A DNA stretch of 64,000 nt, from the NCBI GenBank assembly GCA_017521245.1, contig JAFXDI010000001.1:227178-291177 (forward strand), read 5' to 3'. The stretch is from Bacteroidales bacterium. Its GTDB lineage: Bacteria > Bacteroidota > Bacteroidia > Bacteroidales > G3-4614. A program made the position numbers and the translations under genes. Of the stretch, positions 18,931-33,089 are shown in pieces (position 1 is the first letter of the stretch; each line of letters opens with the position of its first letter). Under the pieces are notes generated by a model. It saw only the letters and a program-made list of their open reading frames with translations. It was not told the DNA's origin and ran no database searches.

Positions 18931-20586
18931 ATGTTAAAACGATTAAGCATAAAGAACTATATATTAATTGATTCCTTGACCATTGAATTTGGTCAAGGAT
19001 TATCAGTAATAACAGGCGAAACAGGAGCAGGAAAATCAATACTTGTAGGAGCATTAGGTTTGTTAGCAGGAGCAAAACCTGACTCAAAGAGTATATCACC
19101 GGGAGCCGCCAAAAGCATAATTGAAGGCGAGTTTGATATCTCAAAATTATCCCTCCAACACATATTTGAAGAAAATGATATCGATTACGAGGATGAGACA
19201 ATAATCCGCCGAGAAGTTTCGGAGAGTGGTAAATCAAGAGCATTCATAAATGACACCCCTGTATCAGTATCACTACTCAAAGATTTGTCAAAACATATAA
19301 TAGAGATACACTCACAACATCAAAACCTACTCTTGGCAGATAACACATTTCAGTTAGATGCCGTAGATATATATTCAGGTAACGCAGAGCAGTTAAATCA
19401 ATATAAAGAACTCTATAATGAATATATAAAAAAACAGAACGATTTAAAACAACTATTATCCCTTCAACAACAAGCAAAGCAAGAGGAGGAGTATATAAAA
19501 TTTGTAGTTAACCAACTCAATGAAGCCGCAATAAAAGATAACGAAGAGGCAGAATTGGAGGAGGAACAAAATTACCTGTCACATGCCGAAGAGATAAAAG
19601 AGGGGTTTTATAAAACATCCCTCCTGTTTGACGAGGAGGATGGCGTTAATTCTAAACTCTCAAGCATGTTGTCCGAGATAAGGGCAATAAACAAAAAAGT
19701 AAAAACAGGCGATCTGTCAGATCGTTTAGAAGCACTATATATTGAAGCAAAAGATATAGCATCTGAGGTTGCTTCCCGACTTGATGAGATAGAGTGTGAT
19801 CCACAACGATTAATAGAAGTAGAGGAGCGATTATCATTAATATACACACTTCAGAAACGCTATTCTCAACCCGATGTACCATCTCTACTACAATATAAAA
19901 AAGAGATGGAGGATAAACTCCAAACAATTGATGGAGCCGATGCAGTAATAGAGAAGTTAGAGAAAGATATAGCAAAACTGAAAATAGACCTTGTTGCAGC
20001 TGCAAACAACCTCACAGCAGCACGACAAAAAGGAGGAGAGTCATTTGCTAAAGCATTAATGGATATGGCACGCCCACTATCACTACCAAACCTAAATTTC
20101 AAAGTAGAGTGGGAGTCAACAGAAGAGTTTACCGAAAACGGAACAGAGAGAGCAATATTTACATTCACAGCAAATAAAAATATGCCACTCTCGCCACTAT
20201 CAAAGAGTGCATCAGGAGGAGAAATATCACGTTTGATGTTATGTGTAAAAGCAATGATAGCAACAAACCGAGCAATGCCTGTAATGCTATTTGATGAAGT
20301 AGATTCAGGAATATCTGGCGAGACAGCAGGAAAAGTAGGAAGAATAATGTCCGAAATGTCATCTGAACGACAAATAATAGTAATCACCCACCTACCTCAA
20401 GTTGCAGCAAAAGGAGCGTGTCATTACAATATACAAAAACAAGACACAGAAGAACGAACCATTGCTATTGTTAAGAAACTAAATCAAGAGGAGAGAATAG
20501 CAGAGGTGGCACGAATGATGAGTGATGGAGATATAACCCCGGCAGCAATGAGTTTGGCAATACAATTATTAAAAACAAATAAATAG
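18931..20586 (+). CDS. recN: DNA repair protein RecN
   Basis: An SMC-like N-terminal Walker A (GETGAGKS), a coiled coil and a C-terminal signature (SGGEISRLML...LFDEVDSG) are present. Confidence 0.93.
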   Translation: MLKRLSIKNYILIDSLTIEFGQGLSVITGETGAGKSILVGALGLLAGAKPDSKSISPGAAKSIIEGEFDISKLSLQHIFEENDIDYEDETIIRREVSESGKSRAFINDTPVSVSLLKDLSKHIIEIHSQHQNLLLADNTFQLDAVDIYSGNAEQLNQYKELYNEYIKKQNDLKQLLSLQQQAKQEEEYIKFVVNQLNEAAIKDNEEAELEEEQNYLSHAEEIKEGFYKTSLLFDEEDGVNSKLSSMLSEIRAINKKVKTGDLSDRLEALYIEAKDIASEVASRLDEIECDPQRLIEVEERLSLIYTLQKRYSQPDVPSLLQYKKEMEDKLQTIDGADAVIEKLEKDIAKLKIDLVAAANNLTAARQKGGESFAKALMDMARPLSLPNLNFKVEWESTEEFTENGTERAIFTFTANKNMPLSPLSKSASGGEISRLMLCVKAMIATNRAMPVMLFDEVDSGISGETAGKVGRIMSEMSSERQIIVITHLPQVAAKGACHYNIQKQDTEERTIAIVKKLNQEERIAEVARMMSDGDITPAAMSLAIQLLKTNK

Positions 20587-20590
20587 ATAG

Positions 20591-21328
20591 ATGATAAAGA
20601 GTAGCGATATGATATTTGGCATTCGTGCCGTAGCAGAAGCAATATCAGCAGGAAAAGAGGTAGATAAAATATTAATTCGCAAAGATCTCTCTGGAGAGTT
20701 GGCAGGAGAACTCTTTGAAATGTTGCGAGGAAGTAACATTGTAGTGCAACGCGTACCACAAGAGAAGTTAAACTCAATCACACGAAAAAATCATCAAGGA
20801 GTAATAGCGTTTATCTCACCAATAAATTATCAACCTATCGAAGAGATAGTAGCATCACTATATGAGCAAGGTAAAGTTCCATTTATCTTAGTGCTTGATC
20901 ATCTAACAGATGTTCGCAATTTTGGAGCAATAGCACGTACTGCCGAGTGTGCAGGAGTAGATGCAATAATAATACCCTCAAAGGGAAGCGTGTCGGTAAC
21001 AGCAGATGCGGTAAAAACATCGGCAGGAGCATTAATGAATATACCAGTCTGTCGAGTACAATCATTATATAACAGTGTTAAGTATCTAAAAGATTGTGGT
21101 TTGCAAATAATGGGAGCCTCTGAAAAATCGAATATCAATTACACCGATGCCGATATGACAACACCATTGGCATTGGTAATGGGAGCCGAAGACAAAGGCA
21201 TCTCAACAGAGATACTATCGCTCACAGATACAACAGTATCGCTACCTCAATATGGAAAAATAGCCTCATTAAATGTATCGGTTGCAGCAGGAGTAATGAT
21301 ATATGAAGTATTGCGTCAGCGTAAATAA
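20591..21328 (+). CDS. rlmB: TrmH-family 23S rRNA 2'-O-ribose methyltransferase (RlmB-like)
   Basis: The protein begins FGIRAV.EA and shows SpoU motifs (NFGAIARTA, LVMGAEDKGIS, SLNVSVAAGV). The start could instead be the internal ATG at 20609. Confidence 0.85.
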   Translation: MIKSSDMIFGIRAVAEAISAGKEVDKILIRKDLSGELAGELFEMLRGSNIVVQRVPQEKLNSITRKNHQGVIAFISPINYQPIEEIVASLYEQGKVPFILVLDHLTDVRNFGAIARTAECAGVDAIIIPSKGSVSVTADAVKTSAGALMNIPVCRVQSLYNSVKYLKDCGLQIMGASEKSNINYTDADMTTPLALVMGAEDKGISTEILSLTDTTVSLPQYGKIASLNVSVAAGVMIYEVLRQRK

Positions 21329-21406
21329 ATTAAGAGTCTATTTAAAAACTTATTAAAAATCAGCACTATAAAAGAACTAAAATTTTATTTGTCAAGAAAT
21401 ATTACA

Positions 21407-21414
21407 TATATTTG
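21407..21414 (+). promoter_or_regulatory. Candidate -7 box TATATTTG for the GH2 gene
   Basis: The sequence acatatatttgcaaa lies about 85 nt upstream of the ATG. Confidence 0.4.
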
Positions 21415-21495
21415 CAAATAATATAAAATTCATATTAACGTATAATTATATTAGGTGATAACAAATTTTGTATAATACAAACAACTAAAATATAA

Positions 21496-26286
<4,791 letters not shown>

Positions 26287-26308
26287 AATAATAAACCCCT
26301 AATAAACA

Positions 26309-26342
26309 AGAGCGAGGAGAGTGATACCACTCTCCTCGCTCT
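26309..26342 (+). terminator. Perfect 15-bp hairpin 23 nt after the GH2 stop
   Basis: The sequence is agagcgaggagagtg-atac-cactctcctcgctct. The downstream T tract is weak. Confidence 0.6.
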
Positions 26343-26466
26343 GTTATAATTAAAAAAAGAAAGTTTATATAAAAATAACATTCGCTTAAAACAAAACAGA
26401 AACAAGATTGTTATATAGGTATAAAAGTTATCCTCTTTCTTGTTTTTGATATATTTCAAGTTTGAA

Positions 26467-26497
26467 AGGTTAGTTCGAGAGAACTGACCTTTTTTTA
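26467..26497 (+). terminator. Strong intrinsic terminator (GAGA tetraloop plus U7)
   Basis: The sequence aggttagttc-gaga-gaactgacct is followed by ttttttt. It lies about 125 nt after the previous hairpin. Confidence 0.6.
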
Positions 26498-26550
26498 TAA
26501 ATTGCGAGAAAAAAAATTTATTAAAACAAGCAAAAAACAAAACCATTAGT

Positions 26551-26558
26551 TAACTTTG
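26551..26558 (+). promoter_or_regulatory. Candidate -7 box TAACTTTG for the 26599-27827 operon
   Basis: The sequence agttaactttgta lies 41 nt upstream of the ATG. Confidence 0.45.
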
Positions 26559-26598
26559 TATTAATAACGTAAATAAAGATTTACATCTAATCTTTTTT

Positions 26599-27276
26599 AT
26601 GCAAAAAACAAGCAAAGAGAAAAGGAGTATATTCAGAAGAATAAAGCGACAATATAGTAAAGGCGTTCGCAACATAATACACCGTAAAGGACATGGTGTA
26701 CACTCACCCTATGTATTTAACTTTATAACACGTGTAATAGAGGAGAAAGCAAGATACTACGCTTACGATAAAATAGAGGAGCAATATAAACAATTAAAAA
26801 TACAATCAAAAAAAGGAGTCGTACCCAAGCCACAAACATTAAAATATTACAAACTCTTATATCGAATACTAAACCGAGTAAAACCACAAAACGTATTAGA
26901 GTGTGGAAGAGATTGCGGATTAGTGGATACCATATTTCTCTTGGCTAATCCCGATGTACAAATAACAAGAGTTGAAGAGAGTGATTACAATACAGAAATC
27001 CCTGTCTATTACACAACAAATCCATTACCCGATTTAATATACATACATAAACAAACCGAAGAGGGATACAAGCAAATATACAATCACCTATCTTCAAAAA
27101 TAAAGGATACATCAGTAATAATAGTGTCGGGGATAAGATCAACAAAACACTCATACACTAATTTTGTAGAGTTTGCATCAAGCAAAACAATAAAGGTAAC
27201 AATAGATATATACGACTATGCAATATTGGTAGCATCTCCAAAACTAAATAAACAAACATTTAAAATAGGATTTTAA
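26599..27276 (+). CDS. Conserved hypothetical protein, possibly a divergent class I methyltransferase-fold family
   Basis: The N-terminal HGVHSPYVF motif recalls a Bacteroidota family annotated as SAM-dependent methyltransferase. The expected Gly-rich SAM loop is not obvious here (VLECGRDCGL). Confidence 0.35.
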   Translation: MQKTSKEKRSIFRRIKRQYSKGVRNIIHRKGHGVHSPYVFNFITRVIEEKARYYAYDKIEEQYKQLKIQSKKGVVPKPQTLKYYKLLYRILNRVKPQNVLECGRDCGLVDTIFLLANPDVQITRVEESDYNTEIPVYYTTNPLPDLIYIHKQTEEGYKQIYNHLSSKIKDTSVIIVSGIRSTKHSYTNFVEFASSKTIKVTIDIYDYAILVASPKLNKQTFKIGF

Positions 27277-27281
27277 AGAGT

Positions 27282-27827
27282 ATGAAGATATATACAAAAG
27301 GAGGCGACACAGGCACAACCTCATTAGTAGGAGGAACACGAGTGTGTAAGCACTGCACAAAAATAGAAGCCTACGGAACAATAGATGAATTAAATTGTTT
27401 TATAGGAGATTTATTAACAGTAATGCAAAGCACCACTGATAAAGAGATATTAAACAAGATACAAAACTGGTTGTTTAATATAGGCTCAATATTAGCAAGT
27501 GAGGAGGAGTATATAAACAAAATGCCACAAATAGGAGAGGAGCATATTGCAGTTATTGAAAAACGTATTGATGAGATAGATGCACAACTCCCCAAACATA
27601 ATAAATTTATACTACCACAAGGAGTACCCTCAGCAACAAAAGCTAATATATGTCGCACCGTTGCGCGTAGAGCAGAAAGATGTATATGTGCTTTAAAATC
27701 AGAAGATAACGTATCTGATATTGTACTTAAATTTATAAATCGTTTATCCGATTATTTCTTTGTTCTTTCTCGCTATTGTAATATAATTGAAAATAAAGAA
27801 GAAATATTTTGGGATAATCATTGTTAA
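27282..27827 (+). CDS. pduO: ATP:cob(I)alamin adenosyltransferase, PduO type
   Basis: The sequence MKIYTKGGDTGTTSLVGG.RV.K....EAYGTIDELN is the family's hallmark N-terminus. Confidence 0.9.
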   Translation: MKIYTKGGDTGTTSLVGGTRVCKHCTKIEAYGTIDELNCFIGDLLTVMQSTTDKEILNKIQNWLFNIGSILASEEEYINKMPQIGEEHIAVIEKRIDEIDAQLPKHNKFILPQGVPSATKANICRTVARRAERCICALKSEDNVSDIVLKFINRLSDYFFVLSRYCNIIENKEEIFWDNHC

Positions 27828-27945
27828 ATAGAAAATATTTTATATTTTCGTGGTCGATTTGCAAAAATGAGTGTTAAATTATTTTAAAATCAAAACTCTA
27901 ATAGCAAGTAATATAAACGTTAAATTATTAAAAGTTAGATAGAAT

Positions 27946-28167
27946 ATGTATTGGACATTAGAATTGGCTTCAAAATTAGAGGATGCACCATGGCCAGCAT
28001 CAAAAGATGAACTAATCGATTATGCTTACCGTTCAGGAGCACCATTAGAGGTAATTGAGAATCTTCAAGAGATAGAGGATGAAGGCGAGGTATATGAATG
28101 TATCGAAGACATTTGGCCCGACTATCCTACAAAAGAAGATTTCTTCTTCAACGAAGAGGAGTATTAA
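27946..28167 (+). CDS. Small acidic protein, DUF2795-like
   Basis: The protein is 73 aa. The WPASKDELIDYAYRSGAPLEVIENLQEIEDE pattern is the one I associate with DUF2795. Confidence 0.55.
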   Translation: MYWTLELASKLEDAPWPASKDELIDYAYRSGAPLEVIENLQEIEDEGEVYECIEDIWPDYPTKEDFFFNEEEY

Positions 28168-28197
28168 TCAATCTATGAAAAATATAATTGACAAAAT

Positions 28198-28229
28198 AGA
28201 GAAAAGGCACCCAATGGTGCCTTTTCTCT
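28198..28229 (+). terminator. Terminator hairpin after the DUF2795-like gene
   Basis: The sequence agagaaaaggcacc-caat-ggtgccttttctct forms a 14-bp stem followed by atttat. Confidence 0.65.
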
Positions 28230-28411
28230 ATTTATATATATTATAAACTTTCATCTCACATGAATCATTTCATAAAAGGAGGGGAATATAACAATAGAAA
28301 TCCCAAATAAATGTTTATAACTTTTAATTAATAATAGTTGTTACCATTAAAAAGAAATCAGTAATTTTATACATTCTAATTATTACTGCAATCAAAAAAA
28401 TAAAGTCTATA

Positions 28412-29578
28412 ATGAAATTATTGCATACAAGCGATTGGCATTTAGGGCACACACTCTACAACTACGATAGGGTAGAGGAACAACAGAGTATGATGAGTCA
28501 GATGATAAGTATAGTATCTGAGCAAAAGCCCGATCTGTTTTTACTATGTGGAGATGTATATCACACCTCACAACCATCATCGGCAGTACAAACTATGTTT
28601 ACCGATTTTTTAGTACAACTGCACGATGCCAATCCCCAGATGCATATAATAGTAACAGCAGGAAACCATGACAGTGCCACCAAACACGAAATTTTCCGTA
28701 CCCCATGGCGTTCAATGAAGGTACATACAGTAGGAACACTCAATAAAGAGAACATATCTGATCATATTATAAAAATAGGAGATAAAGGATATGTATTGGC
28801 AGTACCCTATGCCAACACACGCAACATACCCAATGGATTTTTCCAAAACCTGTTAGATGAAGTAAATTCACAAAACAGAGAGTCTCTTCCTGTTGTACTA
28901 ACAGCACACACAACAGTAAAAGGTTGCGATTATATGGGACACAGTAATGCAACTGATTTATCAGTAGGAGGTATCGATACCCTAGACATAGAAGAACTTG
29001 GCTCTGGTTATGATTTCTTGGCACTTGGTCACATACACCATCAACAATATGTACATACAGGTAAGCACAATGTAAGGTACTCAGGCTCGCCACTTGCAGT
29101 AAGTTTCGATGAAGCGTACCCACATACAGTAACAATGGTAGATATTGAAAAACATGGAGCAGTACCAGTAACAACCCAAATAGAGATAACCAATCCACGT
29201 CCTTTAGTAACACTCCCCACCGAAGGAGTAGCTACATGGGATGAAGCAAAAACATTACTAAGCAAGTACCCTGCTGATATACCAGCCTACATTCGGCTAA
29301 ATGTAGAGATAGAGAACTTCTTATCACCTAACGCAAATGCCGAAGCAGTTGCACTAACAAAAGAGAAACAGTGTAGATTTTGTTATATAAATGCAAAACT
29401 TAAAAATTCGGGAGGAGTAGAAACAAAGGTAATGACCATTCAAGAACTCCAGTCCGAAGCACCTATCGACATTGCACGTCAATATGCTAAAGACAAAGGC
29501 ATTGTCTTTGATGAAACAATGCAAACACTATTTCAGGAGGCATTAGGAAGATTAAATGAAGAGATGCGCAATGAGTAA
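28412..29578 (+). CDS. sbcD: Exonuclease SbcD (Mre11-type phosphoesterase)
   Basis: The motifs HTSDWHLG, CGDVYH, AGNHDS and GHIH are present. Confidence 0.88.
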   Translation: MKLLHTSDWHLGHTLYNYDRVEEQQSMMSQMISIVSEQKPDLFLLCGDVYHTSQPSSAVQTMFTDFLVQLHDANPQMHIIVTAGNHDSATKHEIFRTPWRSMKVHTVGTLNKENISDHIIKIGDKGYVLAVPYANTRNIPNGFFQNLLDEVNSQNRESLPVVLTAHTTVKGCDYMGHSNATDLSVGGIDTLDIEELGSGYDFLALGHIHHQQYVHTGKHNVRYSGSPLAVSFDEAYPHTVTMVDIEKHGAVPVTTQIEITNPRPLVTLPTEGVATWDEAKTLLSKYPADIPAYIRLNVEIENFLSPNANAEAVALTKEKQCRFCYINAKLKNSGGVETKVMTIQELQSEAPIDIARQYAKDKGIVFDETMQTLFQEALGRLNEEMRNE

Positions 29579-29591
29579 ATGAATTAGAGTT

Positions 29592-32500
29592 ATGAAGATA
29601 CAAAAACTAACAATCCACAATATAGCATCGGTCGAAGATGCAGTTATCGATTTTGAGTCGCAACCATTAGCCGATAGTGATATATTTCTAATAACAGGAA
29701 AAACAGGTTCAGGAAAATCAACAATCCTCGATGCAATATGTCTTGCTTTATATGCCGATACCCCTCGATTAACAAATTGTAAAATGGGCGGAAAGGTAGA
29801 GGATGCAGGAAAGAGCGATTCCTTAACACTTAAAGATCCCCGACAACTATTAAGAAGAAATGAGGCAGAGGCGTATGTAACTTTGACTTTTATTGGAAAG
29901 AATGAGATTAGTTATGAGGCAACATGGAGTGTGCGTAGAGCAAATAACAAAGTATCAGGTAAACTACAATCCAAAAGTTGGATATTAAAAAATATCACAA
30001 GAGGTATTACATTAACAAAAGATGCAGAAATTCAAGATGAAATAAAGTCTGCAATAGGATTGGATTTTAATCAATTTTGTAGAACAACCCTACTTGCACA
30101 AGGTGAATTTACACGATTCTTAAACAGTAATAATAATGAAAAAGCCGAAATATTAGAGAAGATAACAGGAGTAGATATATATTCTCAAATAGGAAAGCAA
30201 ATATATATTATAACCTCAGAGAAGAGAGAAGCCTATAATACAATAAATAAACAAGTAGATAATATTCACATACTCACCGAAGATGAAATAACAGCAAAAA
30301 AAGATTTGTTAAACACTCTTGAAGAAGAGTATAAAATTATAAAAAAGTTAACCGAAAATGAATCACTAAAACTTGAGTGGCTTAAAACAGATATAAATCT
30401 AAAAGAGGAAGAGAGGAGTAGTTGCGAATCACTTCAAGAAGCAAAACAATTGCTTGAAGAACCTCATTTTAAACAAAAAGAGAAGCTTGTTCAAGAGTGG
30501 CAAGAGACAATTGATGCACGAGATAGTCTTGAGAAAATATCCAAAGCTAAAACCATACAACAGACACAAGAGGAGATACTTAGAACATTAGCAGAAGAGT
30601 TTCAAAGATTATTAGGTGGTTATAAGTATGAATTAACCCAACTCACAGCAATTAAATCTTCTATTGAAAAAATAGATACCTATTTTGAAAATGAGCAAGA
30701 AAATAAAACTATATACGAAAATGCACAAACAATCAAAACTCTTTTGCTCAATATTGCGGATGATTATGCGATAATAGAGGCAAAAAGTAAAATTATTGGG
30801 AATAATCGAAAATCACTAACAGATAATCTGTTACCTCTTCATCAAGAGGCAATACGTAAAGTTGAGGAGGTCAAGAAAGAGTATGCACTGAAAGCCGAAG
30901 AGTTAAACACAGCAAAAAAAGAACTTGAAGATATAAATCTTCCACAACTTCGTGTAGCGTATGCACAAGTAAGCGATTTGCTAAATAAAATAGCAATAGC
31001 AAAAGAGAGAATTGAGAACTTAGAGCAAGAGAAAAAACGTATTGAGAATTTAAAAAAAAGACTTGCAACTCAAGAATTATCAATAATAGAAAAGAAGAAA
31101 CAGTCTGCTGATATGGATACCCCACTTCGAGAAGCAGATTTAATAATGAAAGAGCGAAAAGCAACATTAGACAAGCAGAAAGATACCGTTGATAAGTTTG
31201 CAAAAACATTACGTTCAAAACTTACCATAGGAGATGTATGCCCCTTATGTCAACAAAAGATAGTGTCGGAGATACCACATGAGGATACCCTGTCAGCATT
31301 GGTTGATGGTTTCATAATTGCGTATGAAGAGGCTGAAAATAATTACAACCAATTGCGAGAAGTAAAATTAAAAATTGATGCAGAGATTAAATCTGCAATT
31401 GAATCATATAACAGAGATAAGCAACTATTAGAAGCCGACAAGTCTGTTGAAGAGGCAACACAAAAAGTAATAAACGGCTGTAAAGATTGTGGAGTAGAAA
31501 CACTAAATGATACAACCCTCTCAATACTAAATAATTTACAAGAAACAAACAATACAAAAAAAATAGATTTAGAAATAAAAATATCTATTGGAGAGACTAA
31601 AGAAAAAGAGGTTCAAAAAATCCAAACAACCCTAAATACTATGCGCGATAATGTAGATAAACTTAACAATAAAGTTTTAGAGGCAGAACATCGCATAGCC
31701 CAAGAAAATACAACAATAGAGAAAGAGGAGGGAATAGTAAAAATAAAAAGAGGCGAGGTAGAAGAAGACAAGACAAAAGTTCAAGAGTATCTGCCTTTAA
31801 TTAAATGGGGTATAGATTGGAGTTTGCAACCACAAGAGTTTGTTGTAAAATTAAATTCAGAGTATAACAAATATAACACAACCCTAAATGAGCGAGAAGA
31901 ACTTCAATCACAAAGTCATAAATTAGAAACTATATGTGGTAATGTAAAAACTATACTTGCAAAAATCCAAGAGTTAAATCCTCTATTACAAACATATAAT
32001 CCAATAGATGTAGTAAAAATAGAAGATTTAGAAAATGATACAAGAGCATTAGCAACAAATATAACAACAGCACTTGGCAATTTAAAAATAGCAGAAGGTA
32101 TGATAAAAGAGAGTTCTGAAGAACTTGAAAAATATCTATCTTCACATCCATCTATAACAAAAGAGAGAGTAATAGAACTAAATACATATACTTCCGATAA
32201 TATAAATGCAGAGACTGAGAGTATAAAAAAGGTTCGAGAAAACTTTGTAGCAATTGAGGCTCAATATAAGATGTTAAAACAGCAAATAGAGACACATCTT
32301 AAGAAATGTCCCCAGTTATCAGACGAGGAAACCATAGAACTAATAGTTCAACGAATGGCAGAACAAGAGAGTAATTCTGTTAAGATAGTTGAAACTAAAG
32401 TGTCAATTGAGCAAGAGTTAAAAAATAATGAGGAGCAAAATCAAGAACTCAAAAAACTTCTTGATGAAAAAGAGGCTAAGCGTATAGAATATGAAAATTG

Positions 32501-32996
32501 GAGTAAAATAGACAATCTTTTAGGTGATGCAATAGGAAACAAATTCCGTCAAATAGCCCAGAGTTACATCTTATCCAATTTAGTACACTCAGCAAACAAT
32601 TATATGAGATCTTTAACAGATCGTTATCTTTTAAAAGTAGAACCTGGAACCTTTGTAATAATGCTTCAAGATGCCTATCAAGGTTATCTTTCTCGAGCAG
32701 CAAGTACAATCTCAGGCGGAGAAAGTTTTCTTGTATCCCTTTCGTTGGCATTAGCCCTTAGTGATATAGGCACAACCCTGTCTGTAGATACACTCTTTAT
32801 CGATGAGGGATTTGGAACACTAAGTGGAGATGCTCTACAAAATGTTATTGATACCCTCCGTACCCTTCATATAAAGGCAGGACGTCATGTAGGAATAATA
32901 TCTCACGTAGAGGCACTTCGAGAGTGTGTGCCCGTACAAATACAAGTAATACAAGAGGGAACAAACTCAAGCAGCACAATAAAAGTTGTATCTTAA
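29592..32996 (+). CDS. sbcC: Exonuclease SbcC (Rad50/SMC-like ATPase)
   Basis: It has Walker A (GKTGSGKST), a Q-loop (LLAQGEF), a long coiled coil with a CxxC zinc hook (VCPLCQQ), the signature ISGGESFLVSLSLALAL and Walker B (LFIDEGFG). Confidence 0.88.
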   Translation: MKIQKLTIHNIASVEDAVIDFESQPLADSDIFLITGKTGSGKSTILDAICLALYADTPRLTNCKMGGKVEDAGKSDSLTLKDPRQLLRRNEAEAYVTLTFIGKNEISYEATWSVRRANNKVSGKLQSKSWILKNITRGITLTKDAEIQDEIKSAIGLDFNQFCRTTLLAQGEFTRFLNSNNNEKAEILEKITGVDIYSQIGKQIYIITSEKREAYNTINKQVDNIHILTEDEITAKKDLLNTLEEEYKIIKKLTENESLKLEWLKTDINLKEEERSSCESLQEAKQLLEEPHFKQKEKLVQEWQETIDARDSLEKISKAKTIQQTQEEILRTLAEEFQRLLGGYKYELTQLTAIKSSIEKIDTYFENEQENKTIYENAQTIKTLLLNIADDYAIIEAKSKIIGNNRKSLTDNLLPLHQEAIRKVEEVKKEYALKAEELNTAKKELEDINLPQLRVAYAQVSDLLNKIAIAKERIENLEQEKKRIENLKKRLATQELSIIEKKKQSADMDTPLREADLIMKERKATLDKQKDTVDKFAKTLRSKLTIGDVCPLCQQKIVSEIPHEDTLSALVDGFIIAYEEAENNYNQLREVKLKIDAEIKSAIESYNRDKQLLEADKSVEEATQKVINGCKDCGVETLNDTTLSILNNLQETNNTKKIDLEIKISIGETKEKEVQKIQTTLNTMRDNVDKLNNKVLEAEHRIAQENTTIEKEEGIVKIKRGEVEEDKTKVQEYLPLIKWGIDWSLQPQEFVVKLNSEYNKYNTTLNEREELQSQSHKLETICGNVKTILAKIQELNPLLQTYNPIDVVKIEDLENDTRALATNITTALGNLKIAEGMIKESSEELEKYLSSHPSITKERVIELNTYTSDNINAETESIKKVRENFVAIEAQYKMLKQQIETHLKKCPQLSDEETIELIVQRMAEQESNSVKIVETKVSIEQELKNNEEQNQELKKLLDEKEAKRIEYENWSKIDNLLGDAIGNKFRQIAQSYILSNLVHSANNYMRSLTDRYLLKVEPGTFVIMLQDAYQGYLSRAASTISGGESFLVSLSLALALSDIGTTLSVDTLFIDEGFGTLSGDALQNVIDTLRTLHIKAGRHVGIISHVEALRECVPVQIQVIQEGTNSSSTIKVVS

Positions 32997-33015
32997 ATTG
33001 AATAGTTGTCATAAT

Positions 33016-33054
33016 AAAGATGCTGGAGTAAAGGTGTACTTCTCCAGCATCTTT
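33016..33054. terminator. Bidirectional terminator hairpin between convergent sbcC and the S8 peptidase gene
   Basis: The sequence aaagatgctggag-(13 nt)-ctccagcatcttt forms a 13-bp stem. Confidence 0.65.
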
Positions 33055-33089
33055 CTAACATTCAAGTTGTTATAATATAACTACTTTAT

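Noticed and set aside
21467-21481. The 15-bp palindrome TTTGTATAATACAAA in the GH2 5' leader could be a regulator operator.
   Set aside because: It is entirely A/T-rich sequence in an AT-rich leader. No regulator gene is adjacent. Palindromes of this kind are expected by chance.
28412-32996. The SbcD/SbcC pair could be a novel SMC-type anti-phage system (Lamassu/Wadjet/Gabija-like).
   Set aside because: Both proteins show the full canonical Mre11/SbcD phosphoesterase motifs and the Rad50/SbcC Walker A, Q-loop, zinc-hook, signature and Walker B set. There are no extra effector or kleisin-like genes. The simplest reading is the housekeeping sbcCD.
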